The notes below the pieces were generated by a model, which searched no databases, was not told where the DNA came from, and worked only from the letters and a program-made list of their open reading frames with translations. Positions 34,602 through 44,221 of a stretch of DNA of 48,864 nt are shown in pieces. Position 1 is the first letter of the stretch. Each line of letters begins with the position of its first letter. Origin of the DNA: Acidimicrobiales bacterium. Lineage in GTDB: Bacteria; Actinomycetota; Acidimicrobiia; Acidimicrobiales; VFJN01. Location: NCBI GenBank assembly GCA_035303865.1, contig DATGRC010000302.1, positions 1 through 48,864 of the forward strand, given 5' to 3'. The position numbers were made by a program, and so were the translations under genes.

Positions 34602-35183
34602 ATGACCGATTCGCCCGAGCCACGCCTGTCGAGCCTCACTCGGCACTGCCGGCGGTGCGGTGAGCGACGACCGCCGGGGCGCGACGTGCGCTGCGCCCGC
34701 TGCGGCGCGCTCGTGGGCGTGCCCTACGAGGCCGTCGTGGTGGCCCAGATGGCGAGCGGGATCGCTGTGCTCGTCTGGAGCCTCGTGCAGGGTCGGGGCC
34801 GGGAGGAGGCGATCGCCCTGAGCATGCTCGAGGCGGGGATCGTGACCGCGCTGGCGCTCCTCCTCAGCTACCGGGTGGGCGGCCTGGCCCGCCCCGGCGC
34901 GGTCCCGTACCGGACGGCGTTCGCGTTCGCCGCCCTGCTCGTCGCCGCGCTGTGCGTGCCCGTCTACGCGTACGTGGTCGGCGACGCGGAGCTGCCGGCG
35001 CCGGCGGTGTTCGCGGTGGCCGTGGTGGGCATGCCGCTCCTCATCGGGGGCCTCGCCGCCATCCCGATCTCTCGGGGCCGCCATCTGGTCGACCTCGGCC
35101 ACCGCTGCCCCCGCTGCGGCGTGCAGGCCTCCCCGCTGACCCAGTTCTGCACGGCCTGCGGCGCCCCGATGCCGCCGGCCTGA
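34602..35183 (+). CDS. Membrane protein with four TM segments flanked by an N-terminal and a C-terminal zinc-ribbon (CxxC-x9/10-CxxC)
   Basis: 193 aa, taken from ATG 34602. The N-terminal ribbon is CRRCGERRPPGRDVRCARCG. The C-terminal ribbon is CPRCGVQASPLTQFCTACG. The core between them is hydrophobic. Confidence 0.55.
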   Translation: MTDSPEPRLSSLTRHCRRCGERRPPGRDVRCARCGALVGVPYEAVVVAQMASGIAVLVWSLVQGRGREEAIALSMLEAGIVTALALLLSYRVGGLARPGAVPYRTAFAFAALLVAALCVPVYAYVVGDAELPAPAVFAVAVVGMPLLIGGLAAIPISRGRHLVDLGHRCPRCGVQASPLTQFCTACGAPMPPA

Positions 35184-35222
35184 GCGGTCGGGCTCGCCCC
35201 CGGGGCCGAGCCCACCGATCGG

Positions 35223-35501
35223 TCAGTCGATCCCCTCGTAGCTGGCGTCGAGGTCGGCGGTGCCGTACTGGCGGAAGGCGATCATCGTGACGGTATTGAG
35301 CACGCCGTCGAGCTTGGAGATCCGCTCGGTGACGACGGTGGCGATGGCCTCGTGGTCGGGCACGGCGAGGATGGCGACGAGGTCCACCTCGTGGCCCGCC
35401 ACCGAGTGCGCCTCCCGCACGCCGTCGATGTCGGCGAGCGCCCGGCCGAGCTCGGCGATGGCGTCGGGGCGGGCCTCGATGAGGACGAACGCGGTGATCA
35501 C
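35223..35501 (-). CDS. Stand-alone Lrp/AsnC ligand-binding (RAM) domain protein
   Basis: 92 aa. Sequence reads MITAFVLIEARPD....L...L..I.GV.EAH.V.G..DLVAIL.V.D.E.....V...I..L.GV..T.T.IAF. Confidence 0.7.
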   Translation of the reverse strand: MITAFVLIEARPDAIAELGRALADIDGVREAHSVAGHEVDLVAILAVPDHEAIATVVTERISKLDGVLNTVTMIAFRQYGTADLDASYEGID

Positions 35502-35546
35502 GCTCGCCGAGGCTACCGGCCGGCGCGGCCGCCGACCGGTGGGCGC

Positions 35547-37095
<1,549 letters not shown>

Positions 37096-37106
<11 letters not shown>

Positions 37107-37998
37107 GGCCGGCCAGCTTGTCGGTGAGGGTGCCGTCGGTGCCGAAGAGCTCGGCCCGCCACTGCTGAACGAGCGCGGTGGTGTCGCGGTCGTCGGGGTG
37201 GAAGTCGGGCCGGTCGTACTCCTTGAGCTGGCGCCACAGGTGCCGGCTCATGAGCGGCGTGGACCGGAACCGGCGCCAGCTGGCTCGCAGCGCGCCCCGT
37301 CGGTAGGTGGCCCGGTCGCCGAGCAGCGACACGGTGATCTGGAGCGCCATCGAGGCGACGAAGGCAACGCGGATGGCGCGCATCGTCCAGACCCGCATCC
37401 GCTCGGTGCCGCCCACCGCCCGGTACACGTCGAAGGCCACGGCCTTGTGCTCGCTCTCCTCGAGGGCGTGCCAGAGGAAGAGGTTGCGCACCTCGTCGTG
37501 GCCGAAGAGGTCCCGCACCTCCTCGTCGGTGAGGATGAGCTCGGCGAGGGTGGCGGTGAAGTGCTCGAGGGCGGCGGTGGCGGCCAGGTTCGAGCGGGGC
37601 GACAGGAGCCGCTCGCGCAGGCGCAGGAAGCGGTCGGTCATGCGCTCGAACCGCTTGGTGGGGTACCCGAGCTCGGCGAGGCGGTCGTTGAAGGCGCGGT
37701 GCTCGCGCCCGTGCACGGCCTCCTGCCCGATGAAGCCGGCGACGTCGCGCTTCAGCTCGGGATCGGTGATCTGGTCTCGGAAGTGGCGCACGGAGCGGAC
37801 GAAGAACTCCTCGCCGTCGGGGAACACGGCGGACAGCGAGGCGGCGAGGTGGCTGAGGATCAGGTCTCCGTCGACCGCGAAGTGGCGGGGGACGTCCTGC
37901 AGGGCCTCCTCGAAGGAGATCCGGCGGGTGGGGACCTTGCGCTCGGGGGCGGTGGCGGTGGTCACGACGGTCACGGTAGAGGATTTGAGGATTTCCAT
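37096..37998 (-). CDS. Predicted metal-dependent hydrolase (PF10118-like, His/Glu-rich helical protein)
   Basis: Sequence reads FPDGEEFFVRSVRHFRD...FIGQEAVHGREH..FN......LEHFTA......WHALEESEHKAVAFDVY. The ATG at 37998 is preferred over the TTG at 38001. Confidence 0.6.
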
Positions 37999-38013
37999 CA
38001 ATTCCTCAAATCC
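37981..38013. promoter_or_regulatory. Inverted repeat GGATTTGAGGA-N11-TCCTCAAATCC spanning the hydrolase start codon; candidate TetR operator
   Basis: Perfect 11-bp arms. The left arm is part of a tandem GAGGATTT GAGGATTT (37979-37994). This is the most AT-rich spot in the area, and the divergent genes are only about 29 bp apart. Confidence 0.5.
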
Positions 38014-38015
38014 GT

Positions 38016-38021
38016 TACGTT
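38016..38021 (+). promoter_or_regulatory. -10 hexamer TACGTT 6 nt upstream of the tetR GTG at 38028 (leaderless-type)
   Basis: The geometry is TANNNT-N6-GTG with no SD. It lies immediately after the right operator arm. Confidence 0.4.
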
Positions 38022-38027
38022 GGTCAC

Positions 38028-38630
38028 GTGCGAGACCCCCAGCCGGCCACCCCGAAGGGCGAGCGGACCCGCCAGGCGATCCTGGCCGCCGCCATCGAGC
38101 GCTTCGGGCGCGACGGGTACCGGGCCACGTCGGTGGCCGACATCGCCCGCGACGCCGGCGTGAGCGGCACCGCCGCCTACGCGTACTTCCCGAGCAAGGA
38201 GGCGCTGTTCGTCGCCGCCGTGGACGAGGACGCCGCGGCGGTCATCCGGGCCGGGCTCCACGAGGTGATCGAGGACCCGACGATCGCGGACTGGCGCCGC
38301 ACGCTCGTGTTCACCCTCCTCGACGCCGTCGAGCGCCACCCGCTGGCCCGGCGGCTGCTCGCTGGCCAGGAGCCCGGCGTCACCGAGCGGGTGATGGACA
38401 TCCCCGCGCTGGCCGAGGTCCGCAAGGCCTGCGCCGAGCGGATCCGGGCCGACCAGCTGGCCGGCCAGGCCCGCCCCGACGTCGACCCGGTGGCGCTGGG
38501 CAACGGCGTGGTGGCGATCGTCCTGTCGCTACTCATGGCGCTGCTGCAGGTGGGCCCGGCCGCGGCCGCCGCCTACGGCGACGACGTGGCCGCCGTGTTC
38601 GAGGCCGCCTTCGCGCCGCCGCCCCGCTGA
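38028..38630 (+). CDS. TetR/AcrR-family transcriptional regulator
   Basis: 200 aa. The N-terminal HTH reads GERTRQAILAAAIERFGRDGYRATSVADIARDAGVSGTAAYAYFPSKEALF. Confidence 0.9.
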   Translation: MRDPQPATPKGERTRQAILAAAIERFGRDGYRATSVADIARDAGVSGTAAYAYFPSKEALFVAAVDEDAAAVIRAGLHEVIEDPTIADWRRTLVFTLLDAVERHPLARRLLAGQEPGVTERVMDIPALAEVRKACAERIRADQLAGQARPDVDPVALGNGVVAIVLSLLMALLQVGPAAAAAYGDDVAAVFEAAFAPPPR

Positions 38631-38687
38631 GCCTCCACCCGCCCCGGATCTGACGGGTCGTCATGGACAGGGGCGGGGCCCTGGTGG

Positions 38688-39665
38688 ATGATCCTCGCCA
38701 TGGCGATGCCCCTGCCCCGCAAGCCCGTGCGCGTCGAGCGCCTCCTCGACGACCCGGAGGTCGTGGAGCGCCTGCTGGTGCGCCACGGCCCCTACTGGCC
38801 CGTGCAGCGCTACCTGGCCAACCGGGCCGAGTACGCCGCGCTGTCCGGGGCCCGGGCCGAGGCGCCGGTGGTCGGGCCGGTGTTCCGCGGAGACTGGGCC
38901 TTCGGCGGCGACGTCCGCGACGGCGTGGACGCGATCCTCCACCACCCCACCCTCGCCGCGGCGGCCCGGCAGGTGTTCGACGCCGAGATCGTGCGGCCCC
39001 ACACCGTCTACGTGAACCTCACCCACCAGCTGCCGTTCCCGCAGGGCCGGGGCCACACCGACATCCCGGCCTTCCGGGGCTTCGACCGCACGACGGTGCC
39101 GGTGGCGTTCCTCACGATCATGGGCCAGTCGGGGCTCTTCGAGGACGTCCGCGTGAAGGTGGCCACCGCGGTGGCGTGGTTCTACGAGGGCGACGACGGG
39201 GGCTTCGAGTACTGGCCCGAGGGCGCCGACCAGCCGTCGGTGGTCCACGAGGGCGCGATCTCGAACACGGCGGTCGTGGCCGACAACGACTTCATGTGGC
39301 ACCGGGTGCGCCCCACCGGCCGCCCCGAGGACGGGATGCCGTCGATCACGCTCGACGCCCAGCTCGAGCACCGCGGCGACGACCGCTGGGCGATCGTGGA
39401 CGGCGGGAGGACGGTGGCCGAGACGGACCGGTCGCGGGTGCGGGTGAGCCTGTCGTGGAAGGCGACGCTCTTCGAGGACGAGGCCGACCGGCGCCGCCAC
39501 GACGAGCACGAGGACGACATCGACCTGGCCGAGGTGCTGCGGCGCTTCCGGGTGGACCTGGCCGAGCGCGGCGTCAGCGTGGACGTGCCCGCGGACCCGC
39601 TCCGCGACGAGGCCTTCGTCCAGCTGCTCGCCGACACGTACGTCCGCTTCCCGGTGGAGGCCTGA
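38688..39665 (+). CDS. Hypothetical protein; possible Fe(II)/2-oxoglutarate-dioxygenase-like fold (HxD...H)
   Basis: 325 aa. It has GRGHTDIPAF (HxD) and, about 75 residues later, FMWHRVRP (distal His plus Arg). I recognise no specific family. Codon usage is typical of neighbouring genes. Confidence 0.5.
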   Translation: MILAMAMPLPRKPVRVERLLDDPEVVERLLVRHGPYWPVQRYLANRAEYAALSGARAEAPVVGPVFRGDWAFGGDVRDGVDAILHHPTLAAAARQVFDAEIVRPHTVYVNLTHQLPFPQGRGHTDIPAFRGFDRTTVPVAFLTIMGQSGLFEDVRVKVATAVAWFYEGDDGGFEYWPEGADQPSVVHEGAISNTAVVADNDFMWHRVRPTGRPEDGMPSITLDAQLEHRGDDRWAIVDGGRTVAETDRSRVRVSLSWKATLFEDEADRRRHDEHEDDIDLAEVLRRFRVDLAERGVSVDVPADPLRDEAFVQLLADTYVRFPVEA

Positions 39666-39687
39666 GCCAGCGGGTAGAACGAGGCGC

Positions 39688-40149
39688 GTGGCCCGCCTCC
39701 TCGTCGTCCACCACACCCCCTCCCCCGCGCTCCACACGATGCTCGAGGCGGTGCGGGCCGGGGCGACCGCCCCCGAGGTGCCGGAGGTGGAGGTGTCCGT
39801 GCGGGCCGCGCTCTCGGCCACGGCGTCCGACGTGCTCGCCGCCGACGGGTACGTGATCGGCGGTCCGGCCAACCTCGGGTACCTGGCGGGCGCGGTGAAG
39901 CACTTCTTCGACACCGTGTACTACCCGTGCCTCGAGGACACGGTGGGCCGCCCGTTCGCCGCCTACCTGCACGGCAACGACGACACCACCGGGGCCCGCC
40001 GGGCGCTCGAGACGATCACCACGGGGCTGCGGTGGCGGCCGGTGGCCGAGGTGGTGGAGGTGCGCGGCGGCGTGGACGCGGCCGCCCGCGACGCGCTGTG
40101 GAACCTTGGTGCCGTGGTGGCCGCCACGATCGCCGAGGACGGCGGGTGA
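39688..40149 (+). CDS. Flavodoxin-like fold protein (NAD(P)H-dependent FMN reductase-like)
   Basis: 153 aa. Sequence reads RLLVVHHTPSP.....L......DGYVIGGPANLGYLAGAVKHFFD, a flavodoxin-like beta-alpha pattern. Confidence 0.55.
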   Translation: MARLLVVHHTPSPALHTMLEAVRAGATAPEVPEVEVSVRAALSATASDVLAADGYVIGGPANLGYLAGAVKHFFDTVYYPCLEDTVGRPFAAYLHGNDDTTGARRALETITTGLRWRPVAEVVEVRGGVDAAARDALWNLGAVVAATIAEDGG

Positions 40150-40622
40150 GCGCCGCTCGCCCAGCGTCGGGACGCCGCCCGCCGGTGGTGGTCGTCGCGC
40201 CCGAGGACACCCACGACCTGCGCCGCCGGATGCTGCGCCAGCACCTCACCGGACCCGAGGCCGACGTGGAGTACCCGGCCGACCGGCTCCCCGGCACGCT
40301 GCACCTCGGCGTGCGCGACGGCGGCGAGGTGGTGGCGATCGCCACGTTCTCGCGGGAGTCGGCCCCGGGTCACCCCGAGGTGGTGGCGGCTCGGCTGCGG
40401 GGCATGGCCGTGGACCCGGCCCGCCAGGGCCAGGGCCTCGGTGCCGCGCTTGTCGAGGAGGCGCTGCGCCGCCTGGCCGCCGAGGGCGTCGAGCTGTGCT
40501 GGGCCAACGCCCGCCTGAGCGCGCTGGACTTCTACGAGCGCCTCGGGTTCACCCCGGAGGGCGAGGTCTTCGAGAGCCTGGGCCTGCCCCACCGCGTCGT
40601 CGTGCGCCGCGTCACCGGCTGA
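40146..40622 (+). CDS. GNAT-family N-acetyltransferase
   Basis: The GTG at 40146 overlaps the preceding stop (GTGA). The acetyl-CoA motif reads LRGMAVDPARQGQGLGAALVEEAL...ANAR.SALDFYERLGF. Confidence 0.8.
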   Translation: MSAARPASGRRPPVVVVAPEDTHDLRRRMLRQHLTGPEADVEYPADRLPGTLHLGVRDGGEVVAIATFSRESAPGHPEVVAARLRGMAVDPARQGQGLGAALVEEALRRLAAEGVELCWANARLSALDFYERLGFTPEGEVFESLGLPHRVVVRRVTG

Positions 40623-40637
40623 GGCGGCGCGGCTCGA

Positions 40638-41024
40638 TCAGCGGGCGTGGAGCACGGCGACCGCGACGACGTGGTCGTCCTCGTAGGAGACCGACACGAG
40701 CGGCGCCGGTGCGCCAAGCTCGTCGAGCAGCGCGCCGAAGCGCCCCGAGAGGGTGACGTACGGGGCGCCGGTGCGCTCCTCGTGGACCTCGATGTCGCGC
40801 AGCAGGTCGCCGTCCTGGAAGCTGGTCCCCAGGCTCTTGAAGACCGCCTCCTTGATGGCGAAGCGGGTCGCGAAGGCGACGGCGGGATCGCCCGCTCGCC
40901 GGGCGGCGGCCGTCTCCTGGTCGGTGAAGGTGGACGCCATATACCCCGCGGCGGCGGAGCCGTCGAGGATCGAGCGGATCCGGTCGATCCGCAGCAGGTC
41001 CACGCCGACGCCGAGGACGCTCAC
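40638..41024 (-). CDS. acpS: Holo-[acyl-carrier-protein] synthase (4'-phosphopantetheinyl transferase, AcpS type)
   Basis: Sequence reads [18 protein letters not shown]...FT..E........[15 protein letters not shown].....DIEV......GAP.V.L.G. The GTG at 41024 overlaps the pta-like stop (GTGA). Confidence 0.8.
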   Translation of the reverse strand: MSVLGVGVDLLRIDRIRSILDGSAAAGYMASTFTDQETAAARRAGDPAVAFATRFAIKEAVFKSLGTSFQDGDLLRDIEVHEERTGAPYVTLSGRFGALLDELGAPAPLVSVSYEDDHVVAVAVLHAR

Positions 41025-42022
41025 CCCTGCCCCTCCTGCGCGCAGCACGCGGCCATGACGGCCACCGCGACGATGTCGTCCACGGTCGAGCCGCGGGACA
41101 CGTCGGAGACCGGGTGGGCGAAGCCCTGCAGGAACGGGCCGTAGGCGCCCGCGCCGGCGAGGCGCTGGGTGAGCTTGTAGCCGATGTTCCCGGCGTCGAG
41201 GTCGGGGAAGGTCAGCACGTTGGCCCGACCGGCGACCGGACTGCCGCCGGGCACCTTCTTGGCCGCCACGGCCGGCACGAGCGCGGCGTCGGCCTGCAGC
41301 TCGCCGTCGACGGCCAGCGACGGAGCCCGGGAGCGGATCCGCTCGAGGGCGTCGCGGACCTTGTCCACGCTCGGACCCTCGGCGCTGCCCTTCGTGGAGT
41401 ACGACAGCAGCGCCACCCGAGGCTCCCAGCCGAGGAGCCGGGTGACCGTGTCAGCGGTGGCGATCGCGATGTCGGCGAGCTCGTCGGCGGTGGGGTCCGG
41501 GACCACGCCGCCGTCGGCGTAGGCCAGGAGCGTGCCCTCCGGGCCGTCGTACCCGGGGATCTCCATGAGGAACATGCTCGACGGGGTGGTGATCCCCGGC
41601 GCCAGGCCGATGAGCAGCTGCGCTGTGGCCACGACCTCGCCGGTGGGGCACCGGAAGCCGGCGACGAGCGCGTCCGCTCGGCCGGTGCGCACGAGCATCG
41701 CCGCGAACGCGAGCGGCTGGCCCAGGAGCCGACGAGCCGCTCGCTCCGGGAACGACGGGTTCGCCTGGAGGTACGCGGCGACGAGATCGTCCAGCACCGG
41801 GCCCCGTGGTTCGACGACCTCGATCCCGTCGAGCCCGACGTCGAGCGCCGACGCGGTCGCCGAGACCGCGTCGGCGGCGGCGACGAGCACCGGGTGGACG
41901 GCGCCGAGGTCGGCCACCCGCCGGGCGGCGGTCACGACCTCCGCGGCATCGCCGTCCGCGAACGCGACCCGCTTCGGATCGGCGCGGGCCCGTGCCGCCA
42001 GTCGCTCGATGAGCTCGGTCAT
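41021..42022 (-). CDS. pta: Phosphate acetyl/butyryl-transferase family protein (PTA_PTB; Pta-like)
   Basis: 333 aa. Sequence reads ...SSMFLMEI...[22 protein letters not shown]...[72 protein letters not shown], which follows short-form Pta closely. Confidence 0.8.
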   Translation of the reverse strand: MTELIERLAARARADPKRVAFADGDAAEVVTAARRVADLGAVHPVLVAAADAVSATASALDVGLDGIEVVEPRGPVLDDLVAAYLQANPSFPERAARRLLGQPLAFAAMLVRTGRADALVAGFRCPTGEVVATAQLLIGLAPGITTPSSMFLMEIPGYDGPEGTLLAYADGGVVPDPTADELADIAIATADTVTRLLGWEPRVALLSYSTKGSAEGPSVDKVRDALERIRSRAPSLAVDGELQADAALVPAVAAKKVPGGSPVAGRANVLTFPDLDAGNIGYKLTQRLAGAGAYGPFLQGFAHPVSDVSRGSTVDDIVAVAVMAACCAQEGQG

Positions 42023-42062
42023 GGTTCCGCCTCGTTCGGTGCTCGGTGCGGGCCGGGCCGGC

Positions 42063-42311
42063 TCAGGCCGGCGCGCCGGCCCTCAGGCCCTCGATGCGGG
42101 CCACGAGGTCCCCGACCGTCTTCGACCGCAGCACGTCGAAGACCGGGACCTCCACGCCCAGCTCCTCGCCCAGGAGGACGCTCAGCTCGATGCGGTTGGC
42201 CGACTTGAGCCGCAGGTCCTCCGCGAGCCTCGACGCGTCGTCGATGTCAGCCGGGTCCCGCCCGGTCGCCTCGGCGACCAGGCGGACCACCGTCTCCCTC
42301 GTCTCGCTCAC
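42063..42311 (-). CDS. Acyl/peptidyl carrier protein (PP-binding-like), atypical K-S attachment motif
   Basis: 82 aa, taken from GTG 42311, 4 nt after the DUF35 stop. A four-helix carrier pattern is present. The candidate phosphopantetheine Ser is in [17 protein letters not shown] (usual form DLGxDSLxxVEL). Confidence 0.6.
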   Translation of the reverse strand: MSETRETVVRLVAEATGRDPADIDDASRLAEDLRLKSANRIELSVLLGEELGVEVPVFDVLRSKTVGDLVARIEGLRAGAPA

Positions 42312-42315
42312 GGCG

Positions 42316-42717
42316 TCACACCACCTTGAACGCGAGGACGGGGAGCCCACCGACGTCGATGATGTCCGCTTCCACGGGGACGGGTCCCCGCTGGAAGAGC
42401 TCCTCCAGCGCCGTCGGTGTGGGTTCGACGTTCGTCACGATGCCCTGCACGTACACGCCCTCGTCCAGGCGGACGTGGCCGTAGCTGTACGGGGCGAGGT
42501 CGTTGAACGCCGGGTTCGGCGGCGGCGCGGCCCCGTGGGAGACGTACTCGAGCGTCCCCTTGCCGGAGAGCTCGACCCACTCCACCTCGAAGCTGCCGCA
42601 CTTCTCGCAGGCCGTCGTCGGGGGGAAGGTGACGGTGTCGCACGTCGGGCACTTCGTCGCCTGGATCGTCCCCTCGGCGAGGCCGTCGTAGTAGCGCTTG
42701 ATGACTGAAGTCGTCAT
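42316..42717 (-). CDS. DUF35 Zn-ribbon/OB-fold protein (thiolase partner subunit)
   Basis: 133 aa. It has a rubredoxin-like CPTCDTVTFPPTTACEKCGS followed by an OB-fold segment. The ATG lies 1 nt after the thiolase stop (TGAgATG). Confidence 0.8.
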   Translation of the reverse strand: MTTSVIKRYYDGLAEGTIQATKCPTCDTVTFPPTTACEKCGSFEVEWVELSGKGTLEYVSHGAAPPPNPAFNDLAPYSYGHVRLDEGVYVQGIVTNVEPTPTALEELFQRGPVPVEADIIDVGGLPVLAFKVV

Positions 42718-42718
42718 C

Positions 42719-43996
42719 TCACATCCCTCCCCGAAGGACGAGGACCGTGCTGATCATGGCGTAGCCGTGGGTGTGGACCACCGCGATCTGCGGCGGCGTC
42801 GGGATCTGCTTCTTCCCGGCCCGGCCGCGGATCTGATCCATCGCCTCGAGCGTGTCTGCGCCGGCGCTGGCCGCCCACGCGTGGCCGAACGCATGCCGGC
42901 CGCCGTGGGTGCTCATCGGCCGGTCACCGTCGAAGCGGAGCCGACCTTCCGCGGCGTACATCAGGCCCTTGCCCTCGGGCAGGTAGCCGGACAGCTCGGC
43001 GTTGGTCAGACCCGAGATGTGCGAGCAGTCGTGCGTGTGCAGGTAGCCGATCTGCTCGGGCCGGATGTCGGCCATCTCGTAGGCCTCGCGGAACGCGATC
43101 ACGTCGGCGGGGAACGTCGTGGCGTCCTCCTGGTACCACGGCAGGTCACCGACCGAGATCCCCCACCCGAGCAGCTCGACGGGCAGGCCGTCGTAGGCCC
43201 GGGCCCCGTCCGCGTCGCTGAGCACCATGGCCGACGCCCCGTCGGCGGCGGTCACGAGGCTGCGGAGGCGGGTCGGGTACGCGATGTAGGGGTTGTGGGG
43301 CGAGGTCCAGAACTCGTAGAGGTCGGTGAAGCCGAGCCGCTTCGCCTCCTCCTCGAGCGTCTCCTGCAGGATGGCGTTCGGGGTGAGCGAGCCGTGGAGC
43401 CGCTTCGTGCGGCACAGCTCCATCATCCCGCGGTCGAACTCCTCCTGCGTGAGCCCGTGCTTGCGCCGGTAGGCCAGCGCCATCAGCCCGTTGTAGACGG
43501 GGAAGATGTCGTAGCCCTGCGGGACGCCGTACGCCTGGTTCACGCCGTAGTCCGTCCACATCCACATGTTCTCGGAGGTGATCGGCTCACGGCCGTAGGG
43601 GAACGGCCCCTTGGGGTTGTTCTGCGTGGCCTCGACGCCAACGACGAGCACCTTGCGGTACACGCCGGCCGCGATCTGGCTGGCGGCCATCGTGGCCGCG
43701 GCGTTGGTCGTCGAGCACGCCGCGGCGACCTGGACACCGGCCTTGCGCTCCATGCCGATCCACTTCGTGAACTGGCTGTAGAGGCTGCCCATGTTCAGGC
43801 TCTGCGGCATGTGGTTGCCGATGATGAAGGCGTCGATCTCGCGCGGGTCGGTCTTGGCGTCCTCGAGCGCGCGGCGAGCGGCCTGTGCGGCCAGCTCGTA
43901 GATCGACAGCCCCTGGATCTCCGGTGTCTCCAGGAGGTTGCCGAACTTCGTGCAACCTGCTCCCAGGAGGTACACCGGGCGAGTCAGCTTGCCCAT
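42719..43996 (-). CDS. Thiolase-like condensing enzyme, SCP2/SCP-x thiolase subgroup
   Basis: 425 aa, taken from ATG 43996 (GAGGAGGAG RBS); the rest of track ORF 42719..45502 is shadow frame. The nucleophile Cys is in VAAACSTTNAA. It has an HDCS motif (HDCF-type of SCP2 thiolases) and THGGRHAFGHAWAASAG. Confidence 0.85.
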   Translation of the reverse strand: MGKLTRPVYLLGAGCTKFGNLLETPEIQGLSIYELAAQAARRALEDAKTDPREIDAFIIGNHMPQSLNMGSLYSQFTKWIGMERKAGVQVAAACSTTNAAATMAASQIAAGVYRKVLVVGVEATQNNPKGPFPYGREPITSENMWMWTDYGVNQAYGVPQGYDIFPVYNGLMALAYRRKHGLTQEEFDRGMMELCRTKRLHGSLTPNAILQETLEEEAKRLGFTDLYEFWTSPHNPYIAYPTRLRSLVTAADGASAMVLSDADGARAYDGLPVELLGWGISVGDLPWYQEDATTFPADVIAFREAYEMADIRPEQIGYLHTHDCSHISGLTNAELSGYLPEGKGLMYAAEGRLRFDGDRPMSTHGGRHAFGHAWAASAGADTLEAMDQIRGRAGKKQIPTPPQIAVVHTHGYAMISTVLVLRGGM

Positions 43997-44014
43997 GACT
44001 CCTCCTCGCTGTCG

Positions 44015-44026
44015 CCTCCATGGAGG
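44015..44026. promoter_or_regulatory. 12-bp perfect palindrome CCTCCATGGAGG in the thiolase 5' leader (anti-SD/SD-like)
   Basis: Read directly. It lies 19 nt upstream of the thiolase ATG and 9 nt from its GAGGAGGAG RBS on the minus strand. Confidence 0.3.
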
Positions 44027-44221
44027 ATGCGCCCGGAGGGCCCGCCGCAGTAGAGGAGGAGGTCCCGACCTGGACCAGCGGAGGTCCCTTCCCTCCACCC
44101 GCTCGGTTGGCGGGCCGGGGGAACGGCCGAAGGTCCCGACAGAAGGGTCCGGTCGCGCCTGGGCGGCCTCGGCCCGAGCCGGTACGGGTGAAGGTGCGCT
44201 CGATCGCGCGAGGAGGTCGCC

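Noticed and set aside
41021-42022. The Pta-like gene as a PlsX (acyl-ACP:phosphate transacylase), given plsY in the window and the adjacent carrier protein
   Set aside because: The sequence follows Pta/Ptb motifs (STKGS..., DGELQ.DAA..P....[25 protein letters not shown]) rather than the PlsX family pattern. The PlsX-like chemistry is kept only as a functional analogy in the finding.
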